DNA from: Macrostomum lignano
Lineage: Eukaryota
Length of the DNA: 64,000 nt
Direction: 5' to 3'
NCBI GenBank assembly: GCA_002269645.1
Contig: NIVC01000911.1
Coordinates: 124,001 to 188,000, forward strand
The translations under genes and the position numbers were made by a program. The stretch's first letter is position 1. Each line of letters starts with the position of its first letter. Shown in pieces: positions 38,138 to 50,256 of the stretch. The notes under the pieces are model-generated. The model was given only the letters and a program-made list of their open reading frames with translations, was not told the DNA's origin and did not search any database.

Positions 38138-38880
38138 ATGTTGAAGTGTGAGAGTTCCATTTCAAAACTTATTTTTCCATCATTTCTATTTAATGATCGC
38201 GTCTTTTGCTTTCTGTTTCTTTGTTGCAAGAGGTAACTCGTTCAGCATTGGTTGTTTCTTGTTGTTTCCTAGTAACAGTCACCTATTGGCCTTAGCGTCA
38301 TCGTGTTATTTTCTCTAAATCACCACGTGTTTTGTCACCAACCTTTTGTATGTTTCATGTCATTTATTTCAATTTATTCAATTTAGGTGAAGGAATCCTC
38401 AACCTTTTCAATGGTGTAAATTTTCTTTTAATGAAGTCATTGTCATTTCCTGCGTTTGTTTTTTTGCGTTTTTTGGTATTTTTGGTATCGGGAAAATGTT
38501 ATCATTTTTGGGGGAGTGTCGCGAAATTTCAGCTTGCGCTAATAGAATTCACTTTCTCCCTTTTCATTTTCTTCCATTCCCTGTGTGCCTAGTCCATCTT
38601 CTATCTACCGTGCTCTATGTACTGTACACTCTTATCTTGTTTTCCGATTATCAATCGGTGAGTTTTCAGTCAGCCTCCCCCCCTCGGTCTCGTTAGAGCA
38701 TTTTTAGCCCTCGCCCTTCTTACCCATGTCTTCTTATCTTCTCTCCCCCCTCTCCCAACCAAGCAAATAAATATACTGCTAGAGGAGCCTTTTCATCTTA
38801 AGTTTGGTTTTCAAGTTGTTAGTTATTGTCAACGCATTCACTGACCAGTGTTATTTCTTCAGTTATTTTTCTACAGGCAC

Positions 38881-41800
38881 TAAGGTGGCCGAGGGTCGGA
38901 GACGAGAGCAGCCGCGAGATGTTCACCGTGCGTGGCACGGCCAGTCCCGACATCAGGTGCCGGCTGAAGGTCCAGGGCAGCTGGCTGAGTCTGCTGGTCG
39001 ACTCGGGCGCGAAAGTGTCCATTCTATCGGAGAGGACCTACCGGAAGCTCGGGTCCAAGGCGCCGCTGCAGACATCCAACAGTAAGCTCATCGCGTACAA
39101 CGGCAAGGCTATCGAAGTGCTGGGACGGGCGGTGCTGTCGGTCAACTACCGCGGACAGAGTGCACACCGTGGACAAGACCAGGCAACTGCCAGCTTGGCT
39201 GCCAGACCGCTTCAAGCAGCTGACGCGAGGACTCGGCCGGATTCTAGGGTTCGAGCACCGGCCCCGAGTGAACTCCGCAGTGCCACCAGTGGCGCAGCTT
39301 CTCCGCCGGACGCCGCTCAGCCTCAAGAAAAAGGTCCAAGCTGAGATCGATCAGCTTCTATCGGACGGGATCGTTGAGGAGATCCACGCATCCGAGTGGA
39401 TCTCGAATCTGGTGGTCGTCCGGGAGCTGACCACGGAGTTCAAGGGCTCGACGGTTTTCTCAAAACTACGAGAGGTGGCTCAGCGTGCTTGGCTAGGCCG
39501 ATGAGCTCGCCCTGCTGTCCTCAACTGTCGAGGGCGCCCAGCGACAATTGGACAAGCTATTGGCTGTTGCGGCGAGTGTCGGCCTGGTGGTCAACACGTA
39601 GAAGCCCGTCGTGCTCTGCGTGCCGGACGACGTCGAGGCAGCGATTTTATGCCGAGGTGCTGATGGACAGGCGACAGAGCTTCCGCGTTGTCAGCAGTTC
39701 GTCTACCTCGGCGGTCTGGTTCCCGGCGTTCGCGAGGATCTGCGGCGTCGCCGCGGGCTTGCCTGGGCTGCCTTTCATTCTGTGAGGGCAGTCCTGCAGT
39801 CTGAGGCCTTACCTGACCGCCAGAGGGCGGCGTTGTTCCAGGCGGTGATTAAGACCGTCCTGCTGTACAACGCCGAGACTGGACGCTAACGGAGTCGCTC
39901 GAGCAGCAAGTTCATGCGGCGCACGCTGGCCTGCTGCGCGCCGCCTTCAAGATTGGCTACGAGCGAGTGACCAACGCGGCTTTGTATCGCCGCGCCGGCC
40001 TGGTCCGTCCAAGCGACCTGTTGCGCCAGTTGGCAGCCGAGTCGTACTGCCCAGAGCCGGTGCAGAAGGTGCTGCTGCTAACGCTGCAGGCCCCCTACCG
40101 GCGGGGGCAAGCGCGCACTTGGCGTTTCGTCGACTGCCTGCTGGCTGACTCCGGCGCCCCGGATTCGACCTGGCCTTGAAACGCGCGCTGTGACGCTAAC
40201 TGCGTATTCTGTTCTTGTTGTTGTTGTCAAAACTATATCTGAATTAATCGTATCTGCAGCTCGAGCTCGCCTAGGACAGACGCGATATGACGGCCTTCAT
40301 CACGGATAAGGGCCAAGTGGGTTTTTTCGGTCTCAACAGCGCTCCGGCAGCCTTCCAGAAGGTGTTGAGCAAGATTCTGCACGTCTGCTCAGGAGCAGTG
40401 CACTACATCGACGACATAGTCGTGCACGCTGTCTGTGAGGCTGAGCATCACAAGCGGCTCACTGCGGTGCTAGAAAAGCTGCTGGCCCACGGCGTCACTC
40501 TGAACGCAGGCAAGTGCCAGTGGGCTGCTGAGTCTGTGCAGTTCGTGGGCTACACCGTCTCTGCAAGCGGCCTGCGACCAATGAAGTCAAACGTGGACGC
40601 TATCGAGCAGGTGCCGGAGCCGAAGAGCGCTGAGGCGGTGGTGGCATTCCTTGGAATGATGAAATTTTACGCGAACTTTCTTCAAAACCTGTCTGATGTC
40701 GCCGAACCGCTGCTGAAGCTGCTGAGGAAAGACTTTCCCTGCGCCGACCTGTCTGAGGTTTTCAGCCCGGAATGAGAATATCATTGTTGTCTGCGACAGC
40801 TCGGCGCCCGCTTTGGGCGCCGTTCTGCTTTAAGAAGACGGCGCCGGCCTCCGGAGACCAGTCGCGTTTGCGTCCAGAACCCTGTCAGTGACTGAGCGCA
40901 AGTACTCCGCATCTGAAAGAGAGGCAATGGCATGCCTTGAGAGGTGGCACTATTTCCTGTTCGGCCGAAGATTGGAGCTGCACACGGACCATCAGTCGCT
41001 GACTATGTTGCTGACGGCTAAGGGCAGCGGACACCAGCTATTGAGACTGCACTGGTGGGCCGACTGCCTGCTCGCGTATGACTTCCAGGTCTGCCACGTT
41101 CCGGGGAAAAAGAACACCGTTCCTGACTTTTTGTAGCGACACGGCGCCCGCAACGACAGCGGCGAGGAAACCCGGCGAAGCTCCAAGTGAACGCGGTCCT
41201 GATGTCTGGCGCGCTGCAGATCGTGAGCCCAAGCGAACTGGCTGAGGCATCTCTACAGGACCCGGTGATCAGCCAGGCGATCGAGATGACGCTGGAGGGC
41301 TGGCCGAGTTCCATAAAGCAGTTGAGGCCGAAGCTGCAGCCGTTCTGGCGGATCAAGAAGCAGCTCACAGTCTGGAACGAAGGCAAGTGCCTGGCAAATG
41401 GGTTGCGCGCGGTGATCCCCGCGTCGTTGAGAGAGAAGACGCTGCAGCTGGCGCACTTTGGGCACCTCGGAGTGAGAAAAATGAAGCAGCACTGCCGGGA
41501 CTCGGTCTGGTGGCCGCAGATCGACAGCCAAATAGAGGAGTTCATGCGGCACTGCGAGGCCTGCCTGCTCAGCGAGAAAAACTTCAAGTGACTACAGCCG
41601 ACGTGATCGACGCCCTGACGACGTGGTTCAGCCACTAGGGACTCTCAAGGAGCATCAACACGGACGACGGGCCGCAGTTCATGTCCGGTGACTTCAAAGA
41701 CTTCCTCTAGCACTGCGGCATCCAACACCACCAGCCGCCGCTCTACCACCCGCAAGGCAATGCTGCATTCGAGCGTTTCAACCGGTTTCTGAAAGACGGC

Positions 41801-42382
41801 CTGACGACGCACCTGCAGGACGGCTACGGCTGCTGTGGTCATACCGGGCCACCCCGCACGCCCTAACGGGGATGTCACCGGCGCAGCTGATGACGAGCCG
41901 GAAAATCAGCACTCCGCTGACTGCACTGCAACCAAGGACGCTAGCTATCGCAGCACAACCTGGCAGGCAGCATCAGGCAGAAGCAGCAGCGAGTCTTCAG
42001 CAAGCTCAACTCGGCCAGGAGGCCACCGCAGGCGTTCAAGGTCGGCGACTGGGTGCAATTGAGGCATCCGTTTGCGCGTGGCAAGCTGAGGAGCCGGCTG
42101 TCCGAGCCGCTGGAGACCTCGAGAATCGCGAGCGCCACCACAGTGATCCTCAGTGACGGCTCTCGGTGGCACGTCGACAACTGCGTGCGGGTGCAGCGGC
42201 CCGCAGGTGCGCTGCCGCAGTGGCCCGCGCCAGCCGCCACGACGGCTCCGACACACGTGGCGGCGGCGGAGGCGGCTGAAGAGCTGCCGCCGCATCAAGG
42301 AGCACCGGCGGCGATTCGAGCGAGTGCGAGGAGTCGGGCTCCGCCACAGTGGTATGGGGGTGTGGTGACTTACCAGTACTGA
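38881..42382 (+). pseudogene. Gypsy pol fragments (PR, RT, RNase H, IN)
   Basis: LLVDSGA, SEWISNLVVV, FGLNSAPAAFQ, HYIDDIVV, VAFASRTL, ELHTDHQSL, HFGHLG..CEAC, GPQF and FERFNR. Many stops, frameshifts and deletions. Confidence 0.9.
39469..40226 (+). mobile_element. 5'-truncated RTE-like LINE fragment inserted in the Gypsy RT
   Basis: FVYLGG..RRRGLAWAAF..TVLLYNAET.. (post-RT region), (GTT)n tail, 9-bp TSD TCAAAACTA (39460-39468, 40227-40235). Removing it rejoins Gypsy FSKL to YL..SYLQLEL. Confidence 0.85.
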
Positions 42383-43263
42383 TTGTAATGACTAAGGGCT
42401 TTTGAATTGCAAGCCTTTCGTTTTCGAGTTTTTTTATTTGAGGGTTTGTGCGATTGGGTCTTAATGTCGAAACTCTGTCAAATATTTTATTTCGATGTGA
42501 ACATTTTTTCTTTATGTTCCTGTCTGTTTTATTGTTCTGGAGCTGCCACTGTTTTGCAATATTTATTCGTTGCAATCGTTAACTGTACGCTCAATTAGGC
42601 TAGCTAACATATTTATCTTGCTCGTACGTACATTCATCCAAATTTATTGATCGCCCCACCCCATATTACGCTCAATCGTATTGTACGCTCATTCAGCTTA
42701 TATAGCTATTAGCTATAAGTTGACCTAAAGTATCTCGCAAAATATACCCTTTTCGTTTTCATCGCTTATAGCTAATTGTCTCGTATAGTCATTCTAGCAA
42801 CCATTTATTGTTTTTGAATATGTAATCGATTTTCGAATATTTCGTCGACAAGGCAACTCGCTCGTGAGGGGGAGTGAAGGTTGTGTATAGTTAATTTGCA
42901 GATGTACACCTGCTATGTGCATCTGTTTGCCGATATTGATCTGTCGCAGCTAGATAAATATAAAAGTATAAATATACCAGTCGGAAGGCCAACTCGGTCT
43001 ATAAGTTCGTGTGTTCCCCCAAAATTCAGTAGCTGACTCTCTCAACACAAAATTCTTCCTCCTCTTTATAAGCTCTGCTCTCTTAATATCTGTTCTCATT
43101 TCTCTCTTCTCTCTCCTCTCTTAGTTCTCTCTTCTTTCCGCTCGTTACTCTCTTTTATCTATCCCCTCTTCTCACTCCTCTCTTCCCCCCCTCTCTCCTC
43201 TATTCTCTCTAGTCTCTCTTTTCTCCTCTACTCTCTCATCTCATCTCGATCTAATCTGTACTC

Positions 43264-43374
<111 letters not shown>

Positions 43375-45180
43375 GCTCTCTCATCTCTGATCTCTACATA
43401 TCCTGCACTCTCCGGCCCTCTCCGCTCTACTCTTTTCTCTCCCCTTTTCTCTCCTCTCTCTCTTCCTTCGATCCCTCCTCTCTCCCCGTTCCTCTCGATT
43501 CTCTCTCCCCTCAAACTAATTTCACAGTTTAAAAACAAGCCCCGAGGGGATGATAGTACTTCTTCTTTGAGTAATTATTGGGTAGCTATAATTAATATAC
43601 TTATTCACCAATGATCCTGCTGGCTGCAACGTAGTTCTTGTTTCGATGGTCAGAGTAAATGACCTCTAATTTTCTATGCTATTGCACATGTATATTTCTC
43701 GTCTGAAAATTTTGCTCATGTACATGTACTGTATAAAAAAATAAGACTATATTCGAAGTTAAAAATGGGAAAGATTCAGTGCTATGCAGTTGTAGAAACT
43801 ATAGGCACATACATGAACAAATGGCACCCAGCATAAATCTTACAGAATTGGCCTCTAAATCTTTTCGCATAAAAATGATTTTTATAGTAAATTCCCTATC
43901 CCCAAGAACTCTAAATTGTCCCTGCGCTGGACCAAAGCTAGGTTTAAGAGTTACGACGACGGCTCTCTATACACTTCTGAACAGGGTAGTGTGTGGTGGT
44001 CAAGCATCCGGCAAGAAAAGGTCGTTGGGCAAGCTTACCAGGCGGGTAAACATGATGGCAGATGGTAGATCAGACCCGCGGTCCGTACGACTCGATCACG
44101 AATTCTTTACAAAAATGAATTCTCTACAAAAATATTACAGATAGTAATTAACTACAAATATCATTTGATCTTAAACACTGAATATAAACATTTTTTGATC
44201 TTCAGTATGAATAAAGTTTACGAAGTTGATTTTCTCAACAATCTCTTGTACGCGCAGATTTGAATTAAATGCTTTGTAATCGTCGTATTATAGAGAATAT
44301 CGGCGATTGATCGAGCAAAATTAGTAAGTCAAACTACTGAAACATAATCGAATTCACTAAATGCTCTTAAGTGTAAAGCAGCCATATTAATTAGCAGACA
44401 TGACAGACGACGAACAACACTGGGATAATAGTATCATGTAATGACGAGCACGACAACAAGTCATTTTGTGTGCCGTTATGACATGCACTTAATGGCAATG
44501 CAATCTGTAATGCAATAGCAAGCTATATTATATTTGTTTTGGCCTTTGCTAGAATAGATTGGCTTGGGCCTTGGCTTGCAGGCTTGGAAATTTGCTTTTC
44601 TTGGCTATCTATAATTGATCCATCTTAATTAGCATAAGTAAATAAATAGGCATTAAAAGCTGTAGCAAACACTGCTCACACATAAATAATGGTACCATTT
44701 AGCTTTTACAAGTCAAGCCTCAAGGCTTTCGTAAAATATAGGCCTATAGCCATAGATATAAGCCCTATGGGCATACCCTAGGTACATAAATAAGTAGGCC
44801 TAGGAATTTCGTGAGGGTTTTGCTTGCAACTTGCTAATATACTTATAAAAGGCAAATATATGTAAAAAGTAGCCTAGGCAAGGTTTTTGTGAATGAATAG
44901 GCCCTAGGCCTAAATTGCAATTAATTAAAAAATATTCAAGTAGAAGTAAAAGAAGAAAGACTTTTTGGCTTTGTCAAAACAGAAAAATGTTAAAAAAGTT
45001 CTTGTTTTTTGGAGAATAGGGCCTAAATATCAGTAACACTATTTTAGAATAATTTAGGTCTATCCTTTTCATAGAAATGGCTTTGTTAAAAACAGTAACA
45101 AAAATACTTTTGGTTATACTTTTATTGCATATTTAGAATAAAAAAATAGTTAGTTAGGCCTAATTCTACTTCTACCACTT

Positions 45181-48100
45181 GGGTCGTTCTCAAATTCTGG
45201 GAGGAGCGAAAATTTTAACAATTTTCGGAACATTTACTATTGTTACTGCCGTATTGAAAATAATAGGACACTTTCATCTGTGAATAAAGATAATTTTTGG
45301 GTTGAAATTTATGTTGCAAAAGTGTTTTAAGTTGTCTTGCGGTATTAGGCGATATTAGGTGATGAAAAAATTCAAATTCAATCACTTCACCGATGTCCTA
45401 ATTTTTGACACTATGATGTCTGTAGCTAAAAAAAGTTGTTGTTGTGTTGAAAACTTGCTATATTACATTTAAAATGAAAGCTTATATAAATTTAATTTAA
45501 GATTTTTTTTAAAGCTTAATAAACTGCACTATAAATGATTTTATAGACGCTTAACTGTACGCCTAGCATTTCCGGTGGGATAGCCTCTTTGCGTCTCACA
45601 AAATGTATTTTTCAGCTGACGTCTAGAATGTGCGCTTAAAATGATACATTTTGATGCAGATAATTAGAAAAACATGTCTTATTATCTTTTTGTAAAAAAT
45701 TGTTATGAAATAGAGCACTATTGTTGATAAAAATAATTAAAAGCAACCATGCATCGCAATAAACTCCTACTTTGAAGCACAAAATACATATCCTGTAACC
45801 ACACTAGCATTCTCCATGGAGCACCTTTTGAGCTGAAATTTTACACAGATATCCAGTAAAGTAAACTGAGCAAATGATTTTTTTTGTTTTTGAAAATACT
45901 TCAATTTGGCTATGTATCAGTTAGTTCATTGGACATATTTATTATATTTTTATTAGAATCCTTGTAACCAAGCTACAGAGAAACATGTGCAAAACTGGAC
46001 CTTGAAATTTGACCTGAATGATCAGCAAATGTGTATCTCGAAATGATTTTTTTTGTTTTCATCAAGTCATTCTATGCTAATTTTTTCTGAAGGGAAAGAT
46101 ACCATGTATTTAGAGTCAATAGGGGAAGCATTTAGACTTATTCAGTAGTCATTAAAATTGCAACTATATTATTATAATATAGTAATAATATTATACATGT
46201 ATTATATAGTAATATTAACTTCTAAGATGCCCTTATAAATTTAAGTAAAGACAACAGGCCTTAATTAATTAATCAGCATTTTGAAGAAACTGACTTTATA
46301 CAGATGGGCCCCAAGCTAAGAAATGAATGTAGAGCTTATTTCGTGTAAGGTATAAAAATCAATTTATTATAATATTAAATACTCCTAATAAATTGGTTAA
46401 ATTAGTTATTTACCTTGAATTAATTTAATTTAATAATTAAATATATAAATCTGTTTCACTTCTTACTGCATTTAAATAGAGTACCTCTCTACTATACTAT
46501 AGAAGTATAGTAAAAGTATATGGTAAAAAAGTATAGTAAAAAATTTTCTTTGGTTTAATCCCAGCTTGCCTCAGTTTTTTAGTCTTAATACGAGCTAGAT
46601 AGTAAGTGTTGATTAATTTGCTCCATCACCTTTTGCCACGGAAACAGCACATGTCGGACATGCAACACTCTTCCTGATCCCTGGATTCAAGATGACTGTT
46701 TCTGCTTCTTCAATGCTTGAAAACTGAGCTCATGGAGCTTTAGGTTATGCTGTCAGAGTGCTGCTGCCGGTGCTGTGTGTGTATGTGTGTGTCTTCTGCG
46801 GGTAGGTTCCCTGTCCCTCAGTTTAGCCACTGTAGTGGGCTAACTGGAGGAATTGCCGTTGTCGGTGCTGCAGGTGGCACTACATGGTAGTATTGACGCT
46901 GTCAGTGACGCTGGCAAAGGCTTGGACGAAGCTAGGTGCCGTCATTGTCAGGAGGACATGCGTGTGCTGCTTAGACCAGTGCGCACATTCGACTGGACTC
47001 GTATCTGGTGCAGTCTGGTGTATTCACTGAGATTGTGTGGATCTGCCTCCTCGCATCACCTCAACCAGGCTCAATTTCTTTTGTAGACTTTTCGTGCGCT
47101 GCTTAACTGCATCTTGTGCCTGCTGAGTGATGCCAAGAATTGTGCCACACAATAATTTGGCCCATAAACTACTCGTATATTATACATATGTATGCACAGC
47201 ACACACACACGCAGTTCATTCACATTAAACGTACTAGTTAATGGAATTCTCATCTCATGAGCTCTAGTCTATGGACAAACCTGAAATTACTAGAATATCT
47301 AGACAGATCTAAACTTCTTTGAGCAGCGCGCTGCGCTGCGAGCAAATACATGTAGATTCCTTAGCGCAACTAATTAATAGTGTAGTACAGTCTACAGCCT
47401 GAAGTAGCCTGTGTAAGATGCGGAGGGATGATTTTTGCATAGGAAGCCACTACGGTAAGGTTGATGGAACTATGGGGAGGTGAGAGATTCAAAGCGAGGG
47501 ACGGAAGCCATGCATAGTTCGATCATAAGTTTGATTATTGCTTGAGTCTGGGGATGCATTAACGAGAGGCAGACGAGAGCATAGAAATAAAGCGGGCTAA
47601 ATATATTAATACACAAAATTACATGTACTAGCTAGTAATTTCAGAATGGTCAGCGACTCCTCCAATTTGTATCCGCGACCGCGTGCCCACAAATCCCCCG
47701 GCAGACCCTGTCGCAGTTGGTGGTTGTGCACAGAATACAATGTTAATTTTCGAGCTTCTCTGCAAAAAATGCGTGATGCACTCAAGATGCGTGCTATAGT
47801 CTACTTCTTTGATTGATGGCTGGGTTTTGCCTTTTCGCTTGTGATCATCAAAAGCTTGGGCGTCATTGCTACTGGTGTTTCAGTGTGCGCATTATGTCTG
47901 GTTATCATATTATGTGCATGTAGCATGTGCAGTGTCTTTTACCTACATTTTTGTTTGTCTCTGTTTCCTGCATGCTCTTTCGCATTTTTACACCTCGCAC
48001 ATCCTCATTTTTCTCAATTAACAAGTGAAATCTTTTCTTAAAGACTAATTGCTATTTTAGTTAAGCTAGTAGGTTTTTGGTAATTAAATAATTCAATTTT

Positions 48101-48984
48101 GTCTATTTTCCAAAAAGTTTCAAAAAATGAATTAATTAAAATAAATTTGAATTATTTTAAGTTAATTGGAGTAAAATGTCTAATAAGTAACTACGATTTT
48201 TTATTTTAAGTACATGTAGCTTTGGTATAAGTATTAATGTAATGAGTACTTAAAGTAAAATCAAGCAAGTTATAGTTTTCAGAAATTATGCTAAATAATC
48301 AAATATATACTAGTATCTGAATTCCTTTATTAAGGAACATGCAGTCGATATTAAATCCACAATGTGCTTTTTGGTGTTCAAGGATAGTTCCCTGACTTTT
48401 TCTATTATTAGTTAGATTTTATTATATTTAATGTAAAAATGAACAATTCTATTCAAGGTAAAAATGAACATTCTTTATTTGTCGAATCATCTTGCCTTTG
48501 AAAAGATACATAGTGAAAACTTGATTTTTAATTCAACCTTTCAAGACTTATTTAGACTTCTCAATTCAGTGATTAGTTAAACTGATCGAAGTTCTTTCGA
48601 GTGCATGCTATAATAATTTCGCACTTTTTCGCACACGATAATTTTAAATGTCTGGGATTTAGAGCAGAGTAACAAAATGCTGTGCTCAAAAACATTTCCT
48701 TTGTCAATTTCTTGTTCTTTTATTTTTGCAAAAGAAATTTAACTGCATATTTAAAATAAAAATGGAAGAAAATTTTATTTTCTCTTTAATATTTTTGTCG
48801 TTTATTTTCCGCAACAAAGAATAACAAATAGCCTTGATTTCTTCTCAATTTCAAGTTTTCTTGTGGTTTTAGTAGCAGCTTCTTACAGAAATTGTCAAAA
48901 GAATTTTTTTTGTACGATTATTGGTCGATGTATAAACTTTTTTTCCAATAACAAAAAGTTGTGACCTAGCTTTGAGAACGACCC
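45181..48984. mobile_element. 3804-bp TIR DNA transposon derivative with a 4-bp TSD (Sola2-like by termini, unconfirmed)
   Basis: 14-bp TIR GGGTCGTTCTCAAA (45181-45194 / 48971-48984), exact TSD ACTT (45177-45180, 48985-48988). No intact transposase seen. Confidence 0.7.
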
Positions 48985-50106
48985 ACTTATATGTTGCTAG
49001 TATAGAACTTAGCTAGTTGGTCCTCTAGCCACCACACTCCGGATCATGTAGTATACACCAAAAAATTTGGGCGTGGATTGGCCTTGCATGCCAAAATTAG
49101 GCGTGCACAGTTGGCATGCATCACTCCTAAGAAAAAAGTATGTGTGCACACCTAGTGTGCATTTTATAGAATCACGCATAAGAGTTATTGTGAAGTTGTA
49201 AAAAGATAAAAAAAGTTTGTTTTTAAGTGTAAATTTCAAGCTTTCCGGTTTTTTCAAGCTCGTAGAAGAGCATTTAAACAAATCTTTGCATGTATAAATT
49301 TTCTGCTATAAATAGCCTAGTATTGCTAAAAAAGCATAAAAAGCAACCAAATTATCTGGTAATAAAGGTCTATTATGCAATTTAAAAAGTATTTTATTGG
49401 CACAATGTAAAAAAGGTCATTTATTGTTGCAATACTGGTATAGTTTTGAGAATGGGTGTGCACTTACATTTTTTGGCATGCATTTGTAATTATTCAATTA
49501 TTGTTCAGGCATACACCCAGCATAATCTAGACTATGGTCTAGCCACTAGTTAGCAGAGGTGATGACTTATATTGGACTCAAAATGATACCTACAGAGTAG
49601 CTACTTGAGCTGACTGAATTGATAGAAATAAAAGGGTGCCAGGTCTACTAAATATGCCAGATGGGGAAAGATTTTAAACCTTGCAATAGTGGTAACATTC
49701 ATAGCAACCCAGTTAATATAAGCTAGGGCATTGTCATTAAGCAATAAAGAGTCAACACTCAGCTTTTGCCTCTTCTAGTTCTAGACAATTGCCTTACAAA
49801 ACCGGCCTAGCTATTTAGTATATTTAATACCTATGAATGTGTCTAATAGGCAGGTACTCAATGAGCATGATCCTAGAAAAAACAGCTCAAGATCTTGCCA
49901 GCTGACTTTGCTTGCTTGAACTTGCCACTCCATGGAATCCGTAGAGGGTGCTATCAAAATGGCCACATGCAGAATGGCCATACAACAAAATGGCCACATG
50001 ACAAAATGGCCATGTGTTCGAAGTTTGGCAAGATATCATTTACTAGCAGGTAAATCAAGGCCATCATTTGCAGAATCTTGCAGTAAATAAGACACTGCAT
50101 ACATGT

Positions 50107-50256
50107 GCAACCTTAGGATTCACCCAGCCATTTCTGTTGGCAACATACACATGTAAGTTGCTATTGGCTAAGAGCAGTCACGTGACTACTATTCCGTCCA
50201 ATAGCAACTTACATGTGTGTTGCCAATAGAAACAGCCAGGTAAACCCCTAGGTTGT
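50107..50256. repeat. ~150-bp palindromic (hairpin) MITE-like element
   Basis: Arms ..TTGGCAACATACACATGTAAGTTGCTATTGG and CCAATAGCAACTTACATGTGTGTTGCCAA.. flank a centre with the palindrome AGTCACGTGACT. Confidence 0.7.

Larger units (their letters stand above)
29347..38875 (+). mobile_element. Full-length BEL/Pao LTR retrotransposon inserted at the Gypsy gag-pol junction
   Basis: TG..CA LTRs: 5' 29347-29698 + 31914-31924 (split by an insert) and 3' 38517-38875 (359 bp), with ~9 substitutions and a few indels. 5-bp TSD GGCAC (29342-29346, 38876-38880). PBS TGGCGCCCGA at 31925; PPT GGGGGAG before 38517. Confidence 0.95.
28329..43054 (+). mobile_element. Degenerate Ty3/Gypsy LTR retrotransposon interrupted by nested insertions
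   Basis: Diverged LTRs at ~28329-28455 and ~42879-43054 share TTTGCAGAT, ATCTGTCGCAGCTAG, AAGTTCG and AAAATTCAGT. TGG-type PBS after the 5' LTR, purine tract before the 3' LTR, candidate TSD CTTCC (28324-28328 / 43055-43059). Domain order is gag, PR, RT, RH, IN. Confidence 0.85.

Noticed and set aside
29347-38875. CpG-transition excess between the BEL LTRs as evidence of methylation
   Set aside because: Only about 3 of 9 substitutions are at CpG, too few to conclude anything.
43500-44500. Candidate minus-strand exons (44039-44104 IRDRVVRTAGLIYHLPSCLPA; ~43609-43665 VIYSDHRNKNYVAASRII)
   Set aside because: Their phases could not be joined without a stop and I recognised no homology. An unannotated gene cannot be excluded.
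44740-45165. Cluster of TAGGCCTA-like palindromes
   Set aside because: Similar motifs are scattered through the AT-rich parts of the window and there is no larger structure.
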